The notes under the pieces: generated by a model
What the model was told of the DNA's origin: nothing
Databases searched by the model: none
What the model saw: the letters and a program-made list of their open reading frames with translations, nothing else
Shown: in pieces, positions 36,779 to 45,637 of the stretch
Position numbering within the stretch: position 1 is the stretch's first letter
How the letters are laid out: each line of letters begins with the position of its first letter
From: Escherichia coli
GTDB lineage: Bacteria > Pseudomonadota > Gammaproteobacteria > Enterobacterales > Enterobacteriaceae
Strand: one strand, 5' to 3'
DNA: 64,000 bases
Assembly: GCF_030013205.1 (NCBI RefSeq)
Contig: NZ_CP122648.1
Made by a program: the position numbers and the translations under genes

Positions 36779-39223
36779 TTACACCTTTTCAACCTGAACA
36801 AGGTTTGTATGTGACGGATTCCCCTTAGCGAGAGGAGACGGACGTTGAGTGGTCAGTACGTTGATACAACCGCCCTTATCGACACGTTTTGCATCCGGGT
36901 CATACCAGGCACCTTCACCCAGTGCGACCACACCCGGCATCATTCGTGGCGTCACTTTCGCCTCAATATGAACTTCACCACGGTCATTAAAGATCCTGAC
37001 ATTATCGCCGTTGTTGATACCGCGTTTTTGTGCATCAAGCGGGTTGATCCACATTTCCTGACGGCAAGCTGCTTTCAGCACATCAACGTTGCCGTAAGTT
37101 GAGTGAACGCGAGATTTGTAGTGGAAGCCAGTAAGCTGCAGCGGATATTGTTTGTTCAGCGGATCCTGATAACTTTCAAAGCCCGGCGTATAGATCGGCA
37201 GTGGATCGATCACATCGCCTTCTGGCAATTCCCAGGTCACGGCAATGTCAGCCAGCGCCTGCGAATAAATCTCAATTTTACCCGATGGCGTGGTCAGTGG
37301 ATTTGCCTGAGGATCTTCACGGAAAGCTTTATAAGCAACGTGGTGCCCTTGTGGGTCGCGCTTTTTAAAGATCCCCTGCTTGCGGAACTCTTCAAACGTT
37401 GGCAGTTCAGGAATCGCTTCCCGCGACTGGGCATACAGATGCCGCATCCACTCTTCCTGTGTACGGCCTTCAGTAAACTGTTGCTCAACGCCAAGACGTT
37501 TTGCCAGTTCGCTGGTCATTTCATAGATGGTCTTACATTCAAAGCGCGGTTTAATCACCTGATCGTTGAAAATCACGTAAGACATATTCCCGCAGGATGC
37601 ATCCAGTGCAAAGTCCATCTGTTCGGAAGCGGTGCAGTCAGGCAGCAGGATGTCAGCATATTTCGCTGATGAGGTCATGTGGCAGTCGATAACCACAATC
37701 AGCTCGCACTTCTTATCATCCTGAAGGATTTCATGGGTACGGTTGATTTCAGAATGCTGGTTAATCAGGCAGTTACCGGCATAGTTCCAGATCATTTTGA
37801 TCGGCACATCCAGCTTATCTTTCCCGCGCACACCATCACGCAGCGCTGTCATTTCCGGGCCACGTTCAATGGCATCGGTCCACATAAACATCGAAATGCT
37901 GGTCTGGATCGGGTTTTCGAGGGTCGGCATACGGACAAACGGTAAGCTGTATGAACCTTCACGCGCGCCGCTGTTGCCTCCGTTAATACCAACGTTACCG
38001 GTCAGAATCGCCAGCATCGAGATAGCACGGGTTGCGATTTCACCGTTAGCGTGACGCTGCGGGCCCCATCCCTGGCTGATGAACGCCGGTTTGGTACTAC
38101 CGATTTCACGAGCCAATTTGATGATTTTGTCTGCCGGAACACCGGTGATTTGCGAGGCCCATTCCGGCGTTTTAGCCACGCCATCTGGCCCTTCACCCAG
38201 AATATAAGCTTTATAGTGACCATTTTTCGGCGCACTGGCTGGCAGTGTTTTCTCGTCGTAGCCAACGCAATATTTATCGAGGAATGCCTGATCCACCAGG
38301 TTTTCGGTGATCATGACATACGCCAGACCGTTAACCAGTGCGGCATCTGTTCCCGGACGAATAGGGATCCACTCATCTTCGCGCCCGGCACCGGTGTCGG
38401 TATAGCGCGGATCGATGATGATCATGCGAGCATTAGATTTCTGGCGCGCCTGTTCAAGATAGTAAGTCACCCCACCGCCACTCATTCGCGTTTCGCCAGG
38501 GTTATTACCAAACAGCACTACCAGTTTACTGTTTTCGATATCCGACGGGCTGTTACCATCTGCCCAGCCGCCGTAGGTATAGTTCAAACCTTCCGCAATT
38601 TGCGCGGAAGAGTAGTCACCGTAATGGTTCAGATAACCGCCGCAGCAGTTCATCAGGCGAGCGACCAGGGTATTTCCCGGCGGCCAGGAGCGGGTCATGG
38701 TGCCACCCAGCGTACCGGTGCCATAGTTCAGATAGATGGATTCGTTGCCGTACTCTTTGATCAGGCGCTGCATATTGGTCGCGATGATGTCGTAGGCTTC
38801 TTCCCAGCTAATGCGCTCGAATTTGCCTTCACCGCGCGCCCCGACTCGTTTCATCGGATATTTCAGGCGGTCCGGATTGTAGACACGGCGACGCATGGAA
38901 CGCCCACGCAGACAGGCGCGCACCTGGTGCAGGCCGTCATAGTTGTCATCGCCGGTATTATCCGTTTCAACATATTTAATTTCACCGTCCACAACGTGCA
39001 TACGTAGCGGGCAGCGACTACCACAGTTAACTGTACAGGCGCTCCAGATAACCTTTTCGTCTGATTTTGTTGGAATGGCGCTATCGACAGCGTGCGCAAT
39101 CCGACTAAAAGGTAATGTTAACGCGCTGCTTGCCATTGCCAGGCCGCCGATCGCTGTCGTTTTTACCAAACCACGGCGACTCACCTCAGCAGCCAATACC
39201 GCATCAGGGATTTTCGTTTTCAT
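36779..39223 (-). CDS. dmsA: DMSO reductase catalytic subunit DmsA (molybdopterin), 814 aa
   Basis: Tat signal (SRRGLVK), N-terminal Cys cluster, molybdopterin oxidoreductase body. Confidence 0.97.
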   Translation of the reverse strand: MKTKIPDAVLAAEVSRRGLVKTTAIGGLAMASSALTLPFSRIAHAVDSAIPTKSDEKVIWSACTVNCGSRCPLRMHVVDGEIKYVETDNTGDDNYDGLHQVRACLRGRSMRRRVYNPDRLKYPMKRVGARGEGKFERISWEEAYDIIATNMQRLIKEYGNESIYLNYGTGTLGGTMTRSWPPGNTLVARLMNCCGGYLNHYGDYSSAQIAEGLNYTYGGWADGNSPSDIENSKLVVLFGNNPGETRMSGGGVTYYLEQARQKSNARMIIIDPRYTDTGAGREDEWIPIRPGTDAALVNGLAYVMITENLVDQAFLDKYCVGYDEKTLPASAPKNGHYKAYILGEGPDGVAKTPEWASQITGVPADKIIKLAREIGSTKPAFISQGWGPQRHANGEIATRAISMLAILTGNVGINGGNSGAREGSYSLPFVRMPTLENPIQTSISMFMWTDAIERGPEMTALRDGVRGKDKLDVPIKMIWNYAGNCLINQHSEINRTHEILQDDKKCELIVVIDCHMTSSAKYADILLPDCTASEQMDFALDASCGNMSYVIFNDQVIKPRFECKTIYEMTSELAKRLGVEQQFTEGRTQEEWMRHLYAQSREAIPELPTFEEFRKQGIFKKRDPQGHHVAYKAFREDPQANPLTTPSGKIEIYSQALADIAVTWELPEGDVIDPLPIYTPGFESYQDPLNKQYPLQLTGFHYKSRVHSTYGNVDVLKAACRQEMWINPLDAQKRGINNGDNVRIFNDRGEVHIEAKVTPRMMPGVVALGEGAWYDPDAKRVDKGGCINVLTTQRPSPLAKGNPSHTNLVQVEKV

Positions 39224-39393
39224 AATGGCTCACTCAAGCTTGCTCACGATTGATTCCAGTAACAAACCGTATTGTGTAATTATTTCTATAGCAGGTCGCT
39301 ATATAGGCTTGTATACATCGAATAATTTGAAAATCAAAGAGATAGGTAGATTTTCACTCGAAAGTAGTATTACGTGTAAGTGAGGAGTAATTA

Positions 39394-39407
39394 TTGTTCG
39401 GTATCAA
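39394..39407 (-). promoter_or_regulatory. Putative FNR-like half-site pair upstream of dmsA
   Basis: TTGTT-CGGT-ATCAA resembles the FNR consensus; distance to the dmsA start (~180 bp) makes assignment uncertain. Confidence 0.25.
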
Positions 39408-39419
39408 AGGGAGACAAAA

Positions 39420-39439
39420 AAAGCGCCCGCAGGCGCTTT
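39420..39439. repeat. attL: 20-bp direct repeat AAAGCGCCCGCAGGCGCTTT (prophage boundary)
   Basis: Identical copy at 60471-60490; palindromic stem; here followed on the minus strand by a T-run, i.e. the intact host terminator context. Confidence 0.8.
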
Positions 39440-39522
39440 AACGTTTCTTGCTCCCCCTGATGATTTACTTATTTTTCAACGAATAAGCCAAAACAGGGGG
39501 AACAAATTAACACAAATTATAA

Positions 39523-40515
39523 CTAATCGATGGACAGTTTATGGACACTTTCAGCCAGCGGATTAAAGTTGATCGCGTCCTGTAAGAAGTCCGGCGAAAA
39601 ATGAGCGTACGTCATTGTTTGCTGAATCGTTGCGTGCCCCAGGATTCGTTGCAACGTAACAATATTTCCGCCATTCATCATAAAGTGTGTGGCAAATGTA
39701 TGACGCATGACATGCGTAGCCTGCCCCTTCGGCAAATCCGGTTTCACCTCCTGAAGAATCTCCCGGAACTTCAGATAATCAACCTGATACAATAACCCCG
39801 TTCGACGGGTTTTAATCAGAGGCACGACCGAATCCGCCACAGGAACCGAACGGGATTTTCCGTTTTTGGTGTTAAAGAACGTCACCCGGTTGCCAACGAT
39901 ATGCTCTCCACGTAGTTCCGATGCTTCACTCCATCGGGCACCAGTAGAAAGACACAGAATGGCAACACGACGCGCATCACCCTCCAGTCGCTCAAGAAGC
40001 CGTTCAATCTCATCATCAGAAAGAAAGGCCATCTCTGTGTTCTGAACTTTCAGTTTTCGTATACCGCGTACAGGGTTCGCGTTGTGAAAGACCTCAGCTT
40101 CAATCAGCACCGTGAACATGGTAGACAGTACGCATAAGTCACGATTAATACTGGACGGCATTAATCCGGCCTGTAATTTCTCTGACCGATATTCAAGCAT
40201 AAATTTTCGCGTCATCTGACTGGCGCGAGGATCTCCCATTTCACGAACAACCTTCCCTAGCCTAACCCTGTAGCTATCCCCGTAAGCCTGATTACGCCCA
40301 TCAAGCATCCACCACGCATCAAGCAGCTCTGATAATCGCCGCTGATCAGCTGGCTTAGCCTGCCATGGCTTGTCATGAAAGTTCTGTAACACATACTTCT
40401 CAAACTCCTGAGCCTTTGATTTCAGGGCAAAGATTTTTCGAATCCGCTTTCCTTCCGCCCCCTGCGGTCTGACATCGACCTGATAACGTCCGTCTTTGAG
40501 TTGCTTAATCGACAT
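39523..40515 (-). CDS. int: Phage integrase (tyrosine recombinase, P2 Int-like)
   Basis: N-terminus MSIKQLKDGRYQVDVRPQG resembles P2 Int; C-terminal catalytic region with HxxR...Y; adjacent to attL. Confidence 0.88.
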   Translation of the reverse strand: MSIKQLKDGRYQVDVRPQGAEGKRIRKIFALKSKAQEFEKYVLQNFHDKPWQAKPADQRRLSELLDAWWMLDGRNQAYGDSYRVRLGKVVREMGDPRASQMTRKFMLEYRSEKLQAGLMPSSINRDLCVLSTMFTVLIEAEVFHNANPVRGIRKLKVQNTEMAFLSDDEIERLLERLEGDARRVAILCLSTGARWSEASELRGEHIVGNRVTFFNTKNGKSRSVPVADSVVPLIKTRRTGLLYQVDYLKFREILQEVKPDLPKGQATHVMRHTFATHFMMNGGNIVTLQRILGHATIQQTMTYAHFSPDFLQDAINFNPLAESVHKLSID

Positions 40516-40584
40516 GATTAGCCCCTCCAACGGATAAATTAACTAAACACTCCTTGCGATATGTAATTCGCTCAATGTGTAGAG

Positions 40585-40926
40585 TCAGCCAACATTGCGG
40601 CCTGATCGGGGTGATTTTTGGGTAATACCGATTGAAACCTGATCGCCCTCCGACTGAATAGATCCATCAAGAGAGAGAGCCGGAGCAATCTGCCCGGCGA
40701 CAGGTAGCGTCTTATCTTTTATTAGCCACAGCATGTATTTTTCAAAGCGATCGACTTGCAGAACCGCCTCAACGATTTTTGCTCTAGCGTTCTTTTGCCC
40801 CGATTCGTAATTCCTTATGGTTGCCAAAGACAACCCAGTAATATCCGCAAACTGCTTTTGTGTTAACCCTTCCGCCTTACGTATCTGACGTAACTTTTTT
40901 GCATAGTCTATTGACAAGATAACCAT
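40585..40926 (-). CDS. Prophage repressor (P2 C-like, HTH)
   Basis: HTH LTQKQFADITGLSLATIRNYESG and C-terminal GQIAPAL motif resembling P2 C; start uncertain (ORF extends to 40980). Confidence 0.75.
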   Translation of the reverse strand: MVILSIDYAKKLRQIRKAEGLTQKQFADITGLSLATIRNYESGQKNARAKIVEAVLQVDRFEKYMLWLIKDKTLPVAGQIAPALSLDGSIQSEGDQVSIGITQKSPRSGRNVG

Positions 40927-40971
40927 TTGAGTATTAACCTCTCGCACAAAGATAACCGTTTGATTATCTTT

Positions 40972-40989
40972 ACAAACCAAAACAAACCA
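40972..40989. promoter_or_regulatory. Candidate operator: two 8-bp direct repeats ACAAACCA spaced 10 bp centre to centre
   Basis: Lies between the divergent repressor and early operon; P2 C binds direct repeats. Confidence 0.35.
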
Positions 40990-41030
40990 TCACAAGGCGC
41001 GACAAGCGCACCAACGCAAGAGGATAACAA

Positions 41031-41552
41031 ATGCGGGACTTCATTGCCGATAAAGAGTTATCTGACCACCAACCACTTCAGGAAAGTGACGCACTCAGCG
41101 GATCCATTGATGCCGCCAACGACGACGAACACGAAGAAAACAAGAAAAAGCGTTCCTACAAAAAAGGAGCGACTTTACGGCTGGATGGTCCGATCGCCGG
41201 GCTTTGCTCTCTGGAAAAAGGCGCGGCATATATTGGGCTAACAAAATCTGCACTGCGCGTAGCCATTCATCGCGGTCAAATGCCGGGACACAAGACGCGC
41301 ACAAACCCGGAAGATGAAAACTCAGACGGAGTATGGTGGTTTAACGCCAAAGAGTGGGACGCACTGGCTGACGAGCTACCGGAACTTGAGCCACCAGAAT
41401 GGCACAACTGGAAAAGTTACTGGACGTATGACCGCCAGAAAAGAAAGTTCTTTCCAGCTAATAAAGAAGACTGCCAGACCATTAACGGTAAGCGAGTTTA
41501 TACAGGCAGAAGCTCAAAACTGAACCAACTCAGAAACAACAGAGGCAACTAA
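41031..41552 (+). CDS. Early protein with excisionase/AlpA-like HTH (possible Cox analogue), 173 aa
   Basis: First gene of the rightward early operon with a good RBS; segment YIGLTKSALRVAIHRGQMPG resembles Xis/AlpA HTH. Confidence 0.5.
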   Translation: MRDFIADKELSDHQPLQESDALSGSIDAANDDEHEENKKKRSYKKGATLRLDGPIAGLCSLEKGAAYIGLTKSALRVAIHRGQMPGHKTRTNPEDENSDGVWWFNAKEWDALADELPELEPPEWHNWKSYWTYDRQKRKFFPANKEDCQTINGKRVYTGRSSKLNQLRNNRGN

Positions 41553-41556
41553 TCGT

Positions 41557-41979
41557 ATGAAAACAAACACGTCAGATTTCACAATAACTATTTCAAAAAA
41601 TGACCAAGCATTAATTGATAACCTGAAATACCTTGCGGAAAAACATAATAACGGACGAATTGCAATTAATTTACGACACATCACAGGAGTAACAATTGTA
41701 ACCAGTTACTGGCATCTATATCTAATCGCTAAATCAGTACTGGAAAACAAAGATTCTGTTGTCAATGGAAGAGATGTAGATACTCTTCCTGCACAAATCA
41801 AACCGATAGCCTATCAATTGCGTAATCGTTTTAAAAATGAAGGTGGGATTATATTTGACTTTCCCGCAGCTGTAGCCGTGAGCTTCTCTCGGGAGGATAT
41901 ACTTCACTCATTTCGTTTTGCTCTATCAGGTGACGAGACATTATGGCAGCTAGAAGATGCCGGGAGCAGCCCGGCATAA
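41557..41979 (+). CDS. Hypothetical protein, 140 aa, AT-rich cargo
   Basis: ORF starts 5 bp after the preceding gene; markedly AT-rich; no recognisable domain. Confidence 0.5.
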   Translation: MKTNTSDFTITISKNDQALIDNLKYLAEKHNNGRIAINLRHITGVTIVTSYWHLYLIAKSVLENKDSVVNGRDVDTLPAQIKPIAYQLRNRFKNEGGIIFDFPAAVAVSFSREDILHSFRFALSGDETLWQLEDAGSSPA

Positions 41980-41985
41980 ATCAAA

Positions 41986-42177
41986 TTAAAAATCAACCAG
42001 TTGTGTGACAGGTGGGTATTTACGCTGAATTTTGTCAGTTACTAACGCCAGTAATATATGAATCTCTGCGTTTAATGCGTCTTTATCACCCGTCGTTTTT
42101 ACCCTAGGAGGGTTAATGTTATCCAGAGCAGCACTAAGGTCACTCAACAAATTAACAACTTTTTTATCTTCTGACAT
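41986..42177 (-). CDS. Hypothetical small protein, 63 aa, convergent to the 140-aa ORF
   Basis: AT-rich ORF on the opposite strand inside the early region. Confidence 0.35.
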   Translation of the reverse strand: MSEDKKVVNLLSDLSAALDNINPPRVKTTGDKDALNAEIHILLALVTDKIQRKYPPVTQLVDF

Positions 42178-42312
42178 GAAAACCTCTAAACAATTTAATT
42201 AAACATAAGCCAGGACCTGAACCGGCCAGTCCAAGTCCTAGACACACAAAAAATACCACAAATCAATACAAGGTGACACGAGTACACCTTACCGAAGGTA
42301 CAGAGTTTTAAT

Positions 42313-42663
42313 ATGAAACTACAGCGCAATTCTTCACAGCCGCGCTTCCGCAACGGTGCGGAACGCCACGCTAACCGTTTCGCTACCAGTGCATCACGTA
42401 GCAACTCTCGCTACAGCCTGAGCGAAACACACGCAACGCCGGATGGCTACCCAGTAAAACAAATCGGCGAGCATACCTGGCTGATTGAGAAAGCTGGAAT
42501 TGTGGTCCACAAATGCCCACGCAATCCGTTTACCGGAAACCGCATTTTTGCATTGAGCTGCGGCGACAATCAGTTCGGGCAGGATTTCACATTATACGAA
42601 GCACTTCGCACGGTTGATCGTCTGCTTCGCGGGCAAAGTTTTATTAAACAGGCTGATTTATAA
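42313..42663 (+). CDS. Hypothetical phage early protein, 116 aa
   Basis: ORF in the early operon; start uncertain. Confidence 0.4.
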   Translation: MKLQRNSSQPRFRNGAERHANRFATSASRSNSRYSLSETHATPDGYPVKQIGEHTWLIEKAGIVVHKCPRNPFTGNRIFALSCGDNQFGQDFTLYEALRTVDRLLRGQSFIKQADL

Positions 42664-42673
42664 CAGGTGCGTT

Positions 42674-42961
42674 ATGACCAAAGAGCATGCACAAGGTGTA
42701 TTTATCCGTTTTATTGATTTTCGCGGTGAAATGTTATTACGCGCATCCGCTATTGATGGAGTGGCTCCAGCGGGTAAAAACGGAGCCAACGAAGCCACTT
42801 ACGTTTATCTGAACAGCACGCGACTGCTTGTGGAACTTCCGTACCAGACCGTACGAGAAATCATTAGTGAAGCTGAAAAGGCACGCCAGGCTAATGGCGA
42901 TAAACCCTATATCGAAATTATTTGTATGGATTCAGAAACTGAAATTCAGAAAGCAGATTAA
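42674..42961 (+). CDS. Hypothetical phage early protein, ~95 aa
   Basis: Start taken at MTKEHAQG; tight spacing with neighbours. Confidence 0.45.
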   Translation: MTKEHAQGVFIRFIDFRGEMLLRASAIDGVAPAGKNGANEATYVYLNSTRLLVELPYQTVREIISEAEKARQANGDKPYIEIICMDSETEIQKAD

Positions 42962-42972
42962 AGGGCGTTGCG

Positions 42973-43215
42973 ATGGGCAAAGAATATAAAACTCTCATTA
43001 ACAAAGCACTTGAGCGTTTTTATTTTCGCTTAAGTGCATCAGGCGCTCATGCTGAACGTGCAGCCCGTGACTCATTGACCAGGGCAATCCGGAGTCTGTA
43101 TGACGTGGCTTTTTACGCTGATGATCTGGATGCACTTAACGAACTTTCCGAGCTGATCTGTGCCGCAGAATGCGGGGAACATATTGAACCGTATAAGCTG
43201 GGGAATATCGCATGA
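42973..43215 (+). CDS. Hypothetical phage early protein, 80 aa
   Basis: ORF ending in an ATGA overlap with the following small ORF. Confidence 0.45.
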   Translation: MGKEYKTLINKALERFYFRLSASGAHAERAARDSLTRAIRSLYDVAFYADDLDALNELSELICAAECGEHIEPYKLGNIA

Positions 43216-43325
43216 GTATATTTATCTCGTGGCTTGTTCTGATTATTTCGGTGATCTGCGCTATTGGCATTATGCGAATTATTCATTCAGTGAAAAAGAT
43301 TGAGCGTTTTTTCTCTGACGAATAA
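43212..43325 (+). CDS. Small hydrophobic peptide, 37 aa (MSIFISWLVLIISVICAIGIMRIIHSVKKIERFFSDE)
   Basis: ATG overlaps the upstream stop (ATGA); single TM helix; below the ORF-track length cutoff. Confidence 0.35.
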   Translation: MSIFISWLVLIISVICAIGIMRIIHSVKKIERFFSDE

Positions 43326-43418
43326 CAGCACAAATAAAACACCAGATTAAATAAGAAAACGTGAAAACCATCCGAATTAACGGAGGCATTCACACACGTA
43401 AATAATGGAGATACAAAA

Positions 43419-43829
43419 ATGAACGCAAAAGAAAAAGGCATTATAACTGCGCTAAAAAATATATCGGAGACCGCAAACAGAGCCATTCAGGATGCAACAA
43501 ATGCAGGAATGATTGGGCCTGCCACCACAGCCATGATGATAGCAAGAGTAACCGCCGAAGCAGCCGAAATTATCGAAAAACAGGATGCTGAACTAACGGT
43601 TCTCAGAACACAATCAGTCACCGAACTGGATTTGTCTAACACCGGACGCCTTATTTACACAATTGGCTCGGAGCCACAGCAATACACCATTATCGTCGGA
43701 TTACAGGATAAATACCTGATCACTCCTCACCCCATAAGGGAATCAGAAATTCTGACAAATCTCCGCCTGATAGAGCGCTCTCAAGTCGCATTCATTGATG
43801 ACGCACAGCGCACCGTATTTAACGCATAG
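43419..43829 (+). CDS. Hypothetical phage protein, 136 aa
   Basis: ORF in the early operon. Confidence 0.45.
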   Translation: MNAKEKGIITALKNISETANRAIQDATNAGMIGPATTAMMIARVTAEAAEIIEKQDAELTVLRTQSVTELDLSNTGRLIYTIGSEPQQYTIIVGLQDKYLITPHPIRESEILTNLRLIERSQVAFIDDAQRTVFNA

Positions 43830-43853
43830 GGTTACTGGACAAAGGGGGGCGCA

Positions 43854-44057
43854 ATGGCAATTAAGCGTTTTTCCGTCATTCGTTTCACATCCAGAGGGCG
43901 TGAATACGAGGTTGACGAACGGCTGATTAAAACGCTCGACCGTCACCGTTCGCAACCTGACGCGCATCACATTTACCTCACTGACGACACTTACTTCTGC
44001 GCCACCAACGTGGTGCAGGTGAATCTTATCAGACAGGTACAGGAGTCACGCAGATGA
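43854..44057 (+). CDS. Hypothetical phage protein, 67 aa
   Basis: 4-bp overlap with the next gene. Confidence 0.45.
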   Translation: MAIKRFSVIRFTSRGREYEVDERLIKTLDRHRSQPDAHHIYLTDDTYFCATNVVQVNLIRQVQESRR

Positions 44058-44299
44058 CCATTCTGGACTACATCACAGCCAATCCGGGTTGTAGCGGTGG
44101 AGAAATCGCCGCCGCGCTGAATACCCCAACCACAGCCATTAATGCTGAGTTGCGCCGACTCTGGCGTGACGGCTTAGTCATCAGAGAAGAGCGCAAAACA
44201 GGCGGTCGGTTCTCTTACCAGGTAAACCCGATGCCGTTCGGGTGTGGCAACCCACTTACTCACATGTTTAACCAGCTACTGAAGGAAGCCAGAGCATGA
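44054..44299 (+). CDS. Small winged-helix-like DNA-binding protein, 81 aa
   Basis: Segment GCSGGEIAAALNTPTTAINAELRRLWRDGLV resembles a wHTH recognition helix; ATGA-coupled on both sides. Confidence 0.45.
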   Translation: MTILDYITANPGCSGGEIAAALNTPTTAINAELRRLWRDGLVIREERKTGGRFSYQVNPMPFGCGNPLTHMFNQLLKEARA

Positions 44300-44595
44300 G
44301 CACCATCAACCACCAGGAACTACGCGAACTGGCGACTGACCTGCAACGAATGGCAACGCATCAAAAATTACTGGCGTTTCGCGCAATGCTCTCGCCATCT
44401 GCCGTGTTGGCACTACTGGATGAGCTGGAGCACGCCAGAACCACAGCGCCAGCCATTCGCCTGACGCTCCATCATGAAATCGCTGATTTCTGTGCACCAC
44501 TGGGTTCACCTGGCGAACCGGAAACACCGGAAGCAATGCAGCGAGAGCTGCTGCAACGCATCGACAAGGTTTTTGATTTTTTCCTTAACCAGTAA
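44296..44595 (+). CDS. Hypothetical phage protein, 99 aa
   Basis: Coupled ORF. Confidence 0.45.
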   Translation: MSTINHQELRELATDLQRMATHQKLLAFRAMLSPSAVLALLDELEHARTTAPAIRLTLHHEIADFCAPLGSPGEPETPEAMQRELLQRIDKVFDFFLNQ

Positions 44596-44606
44596 GGGAT
44601 CGCAGC

Positions 44607-44810
44607 ATGAACAAAAAGACCTGGTTTCGCGCATACATGTGGGCGCTGGTATGCGTCCTCGTTTCTCTCATTCTGTATGCAGGACTCCTCCCCCGAATGA
44701 TTTCATCAGACAGCTCCTTCCTGGTATTGCTGGGCATTTTCATTGCCATGCTGTACCCGGCAGGCGTTGTTCGCCTTTTCAGTAAGTACATCAAGGAAAT
44801 CAAACAATGA
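44607..44810 (+). CDS. Small two-helix membrane protein, 67 aa (possible NfeD-like partner)
   Basis: Two hydrophobic helices; stop overlaps the start of the SPFH gene (ATGA). Confidence 0.5.
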   Translation: MNKKTWFRAYMWALVCVLVSLILYAGLLPRMISSDSSFLVLLGIFIAMLYPAGVVRLFSKYIKEIKQ

Positions 44811-45637
44811 AGAAATTCAAACTCTTTCAGATTATCCCTCTTTTTGCCGCCATCCTGCTGGTTGGTTGCGATCGTGTTGAGCCAGGTAATGTGGGCATCA
44901 AAGTCAACAAACTGGGCGACGACAAAGGCGTCGGTGAAGTGGTTGGTGTTGGCCGCTACTGGACTGGCTGGAATACCGAGGTTTACATCTTCCCGACCTT
45001 CAAACAAATGAAGACCTACGATGAGCCGTTCAGCTTCCAGATGAGTGACGGCACAACCATCGGCTATCACATCGGTGTGGCCTACAAGGTTGATCCATCC
45101 AAAGTTACTACAGTGTTTCAGACCTACCGCAAAGGCGTGGATGACATTACCGACACTGACCTGCGCCAGAAGATCGCCGATGCACTCAACCGACTGGCCA
45201 GCAAAATGACCACCGACAAATTTATCGACGGCGGGAAATCTGAACTACTGGATGCAGCTCTTAAAGACATTCAGGAGGAAATGACACCCATCGGTATTCA
45301 GGTAATGAGCCTCTCATATGTGGGTAAGCCGGAGTACCCGTCAACCGTTATCGACAGCATTAATGCCAAAGTCACGGCAAACCAGAAAACCCTGCAACGC
45401 GAACAGGAAGTCAAGCAACGTGAAGCAGAAGCCAACATGTTGCGCGCAGAAGCTGCCGGACAGGCTGATGCCATTCGCACAAAAGCCCAGGCTGAAGCCG
45501 ACGCCATTCGTTTACGCGGTGAAGCTCTGCGCCAGAATCCCGGCGTTATGGAGCTGGAAGCAATCAACAAATGGAACGGCACGCTGCCGCAATACATGAC
45601 CAGCAATACCGCTGTTCCGTTTGTTCCGGTGAAGTAA
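44807..45637 (+). CDS. SPFH/band-7 (stomatin/prohibitin-like) lipoprotein, 276 aa
   Basis: Lipobox LLVGC; SPFH-like core followed by an Ala/Glu-rich coiled coil (REAEANMLRAEAAGQADAIRTKAQAEADAIRLRGEA). Confidence 0.65.
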   Translation: MKKFKLFQIIPLFAAILLVGCDRVEPGNVGIKVNKLGDDKGVGEVVGVGRYWTGWNTEVYIFPTFKQMKTYDEPFSFQMSDGTTIGYHIGVAYKVDPSKVTTVFQTYRKGVDDITDTDLRQKIADALNRLASKMTTDKFIDGGKSELLDAALKDIQEEMTPIGIQVMSLSYVGKPEYPSTVIDSINAKVTANQKTLQREQEVKQREAEANMLRAEAAGQADAIRTKAQAEADAIRLRGEALRQNPGVMELEAINKWNGTLPQYMTSNTAVPFVPVK

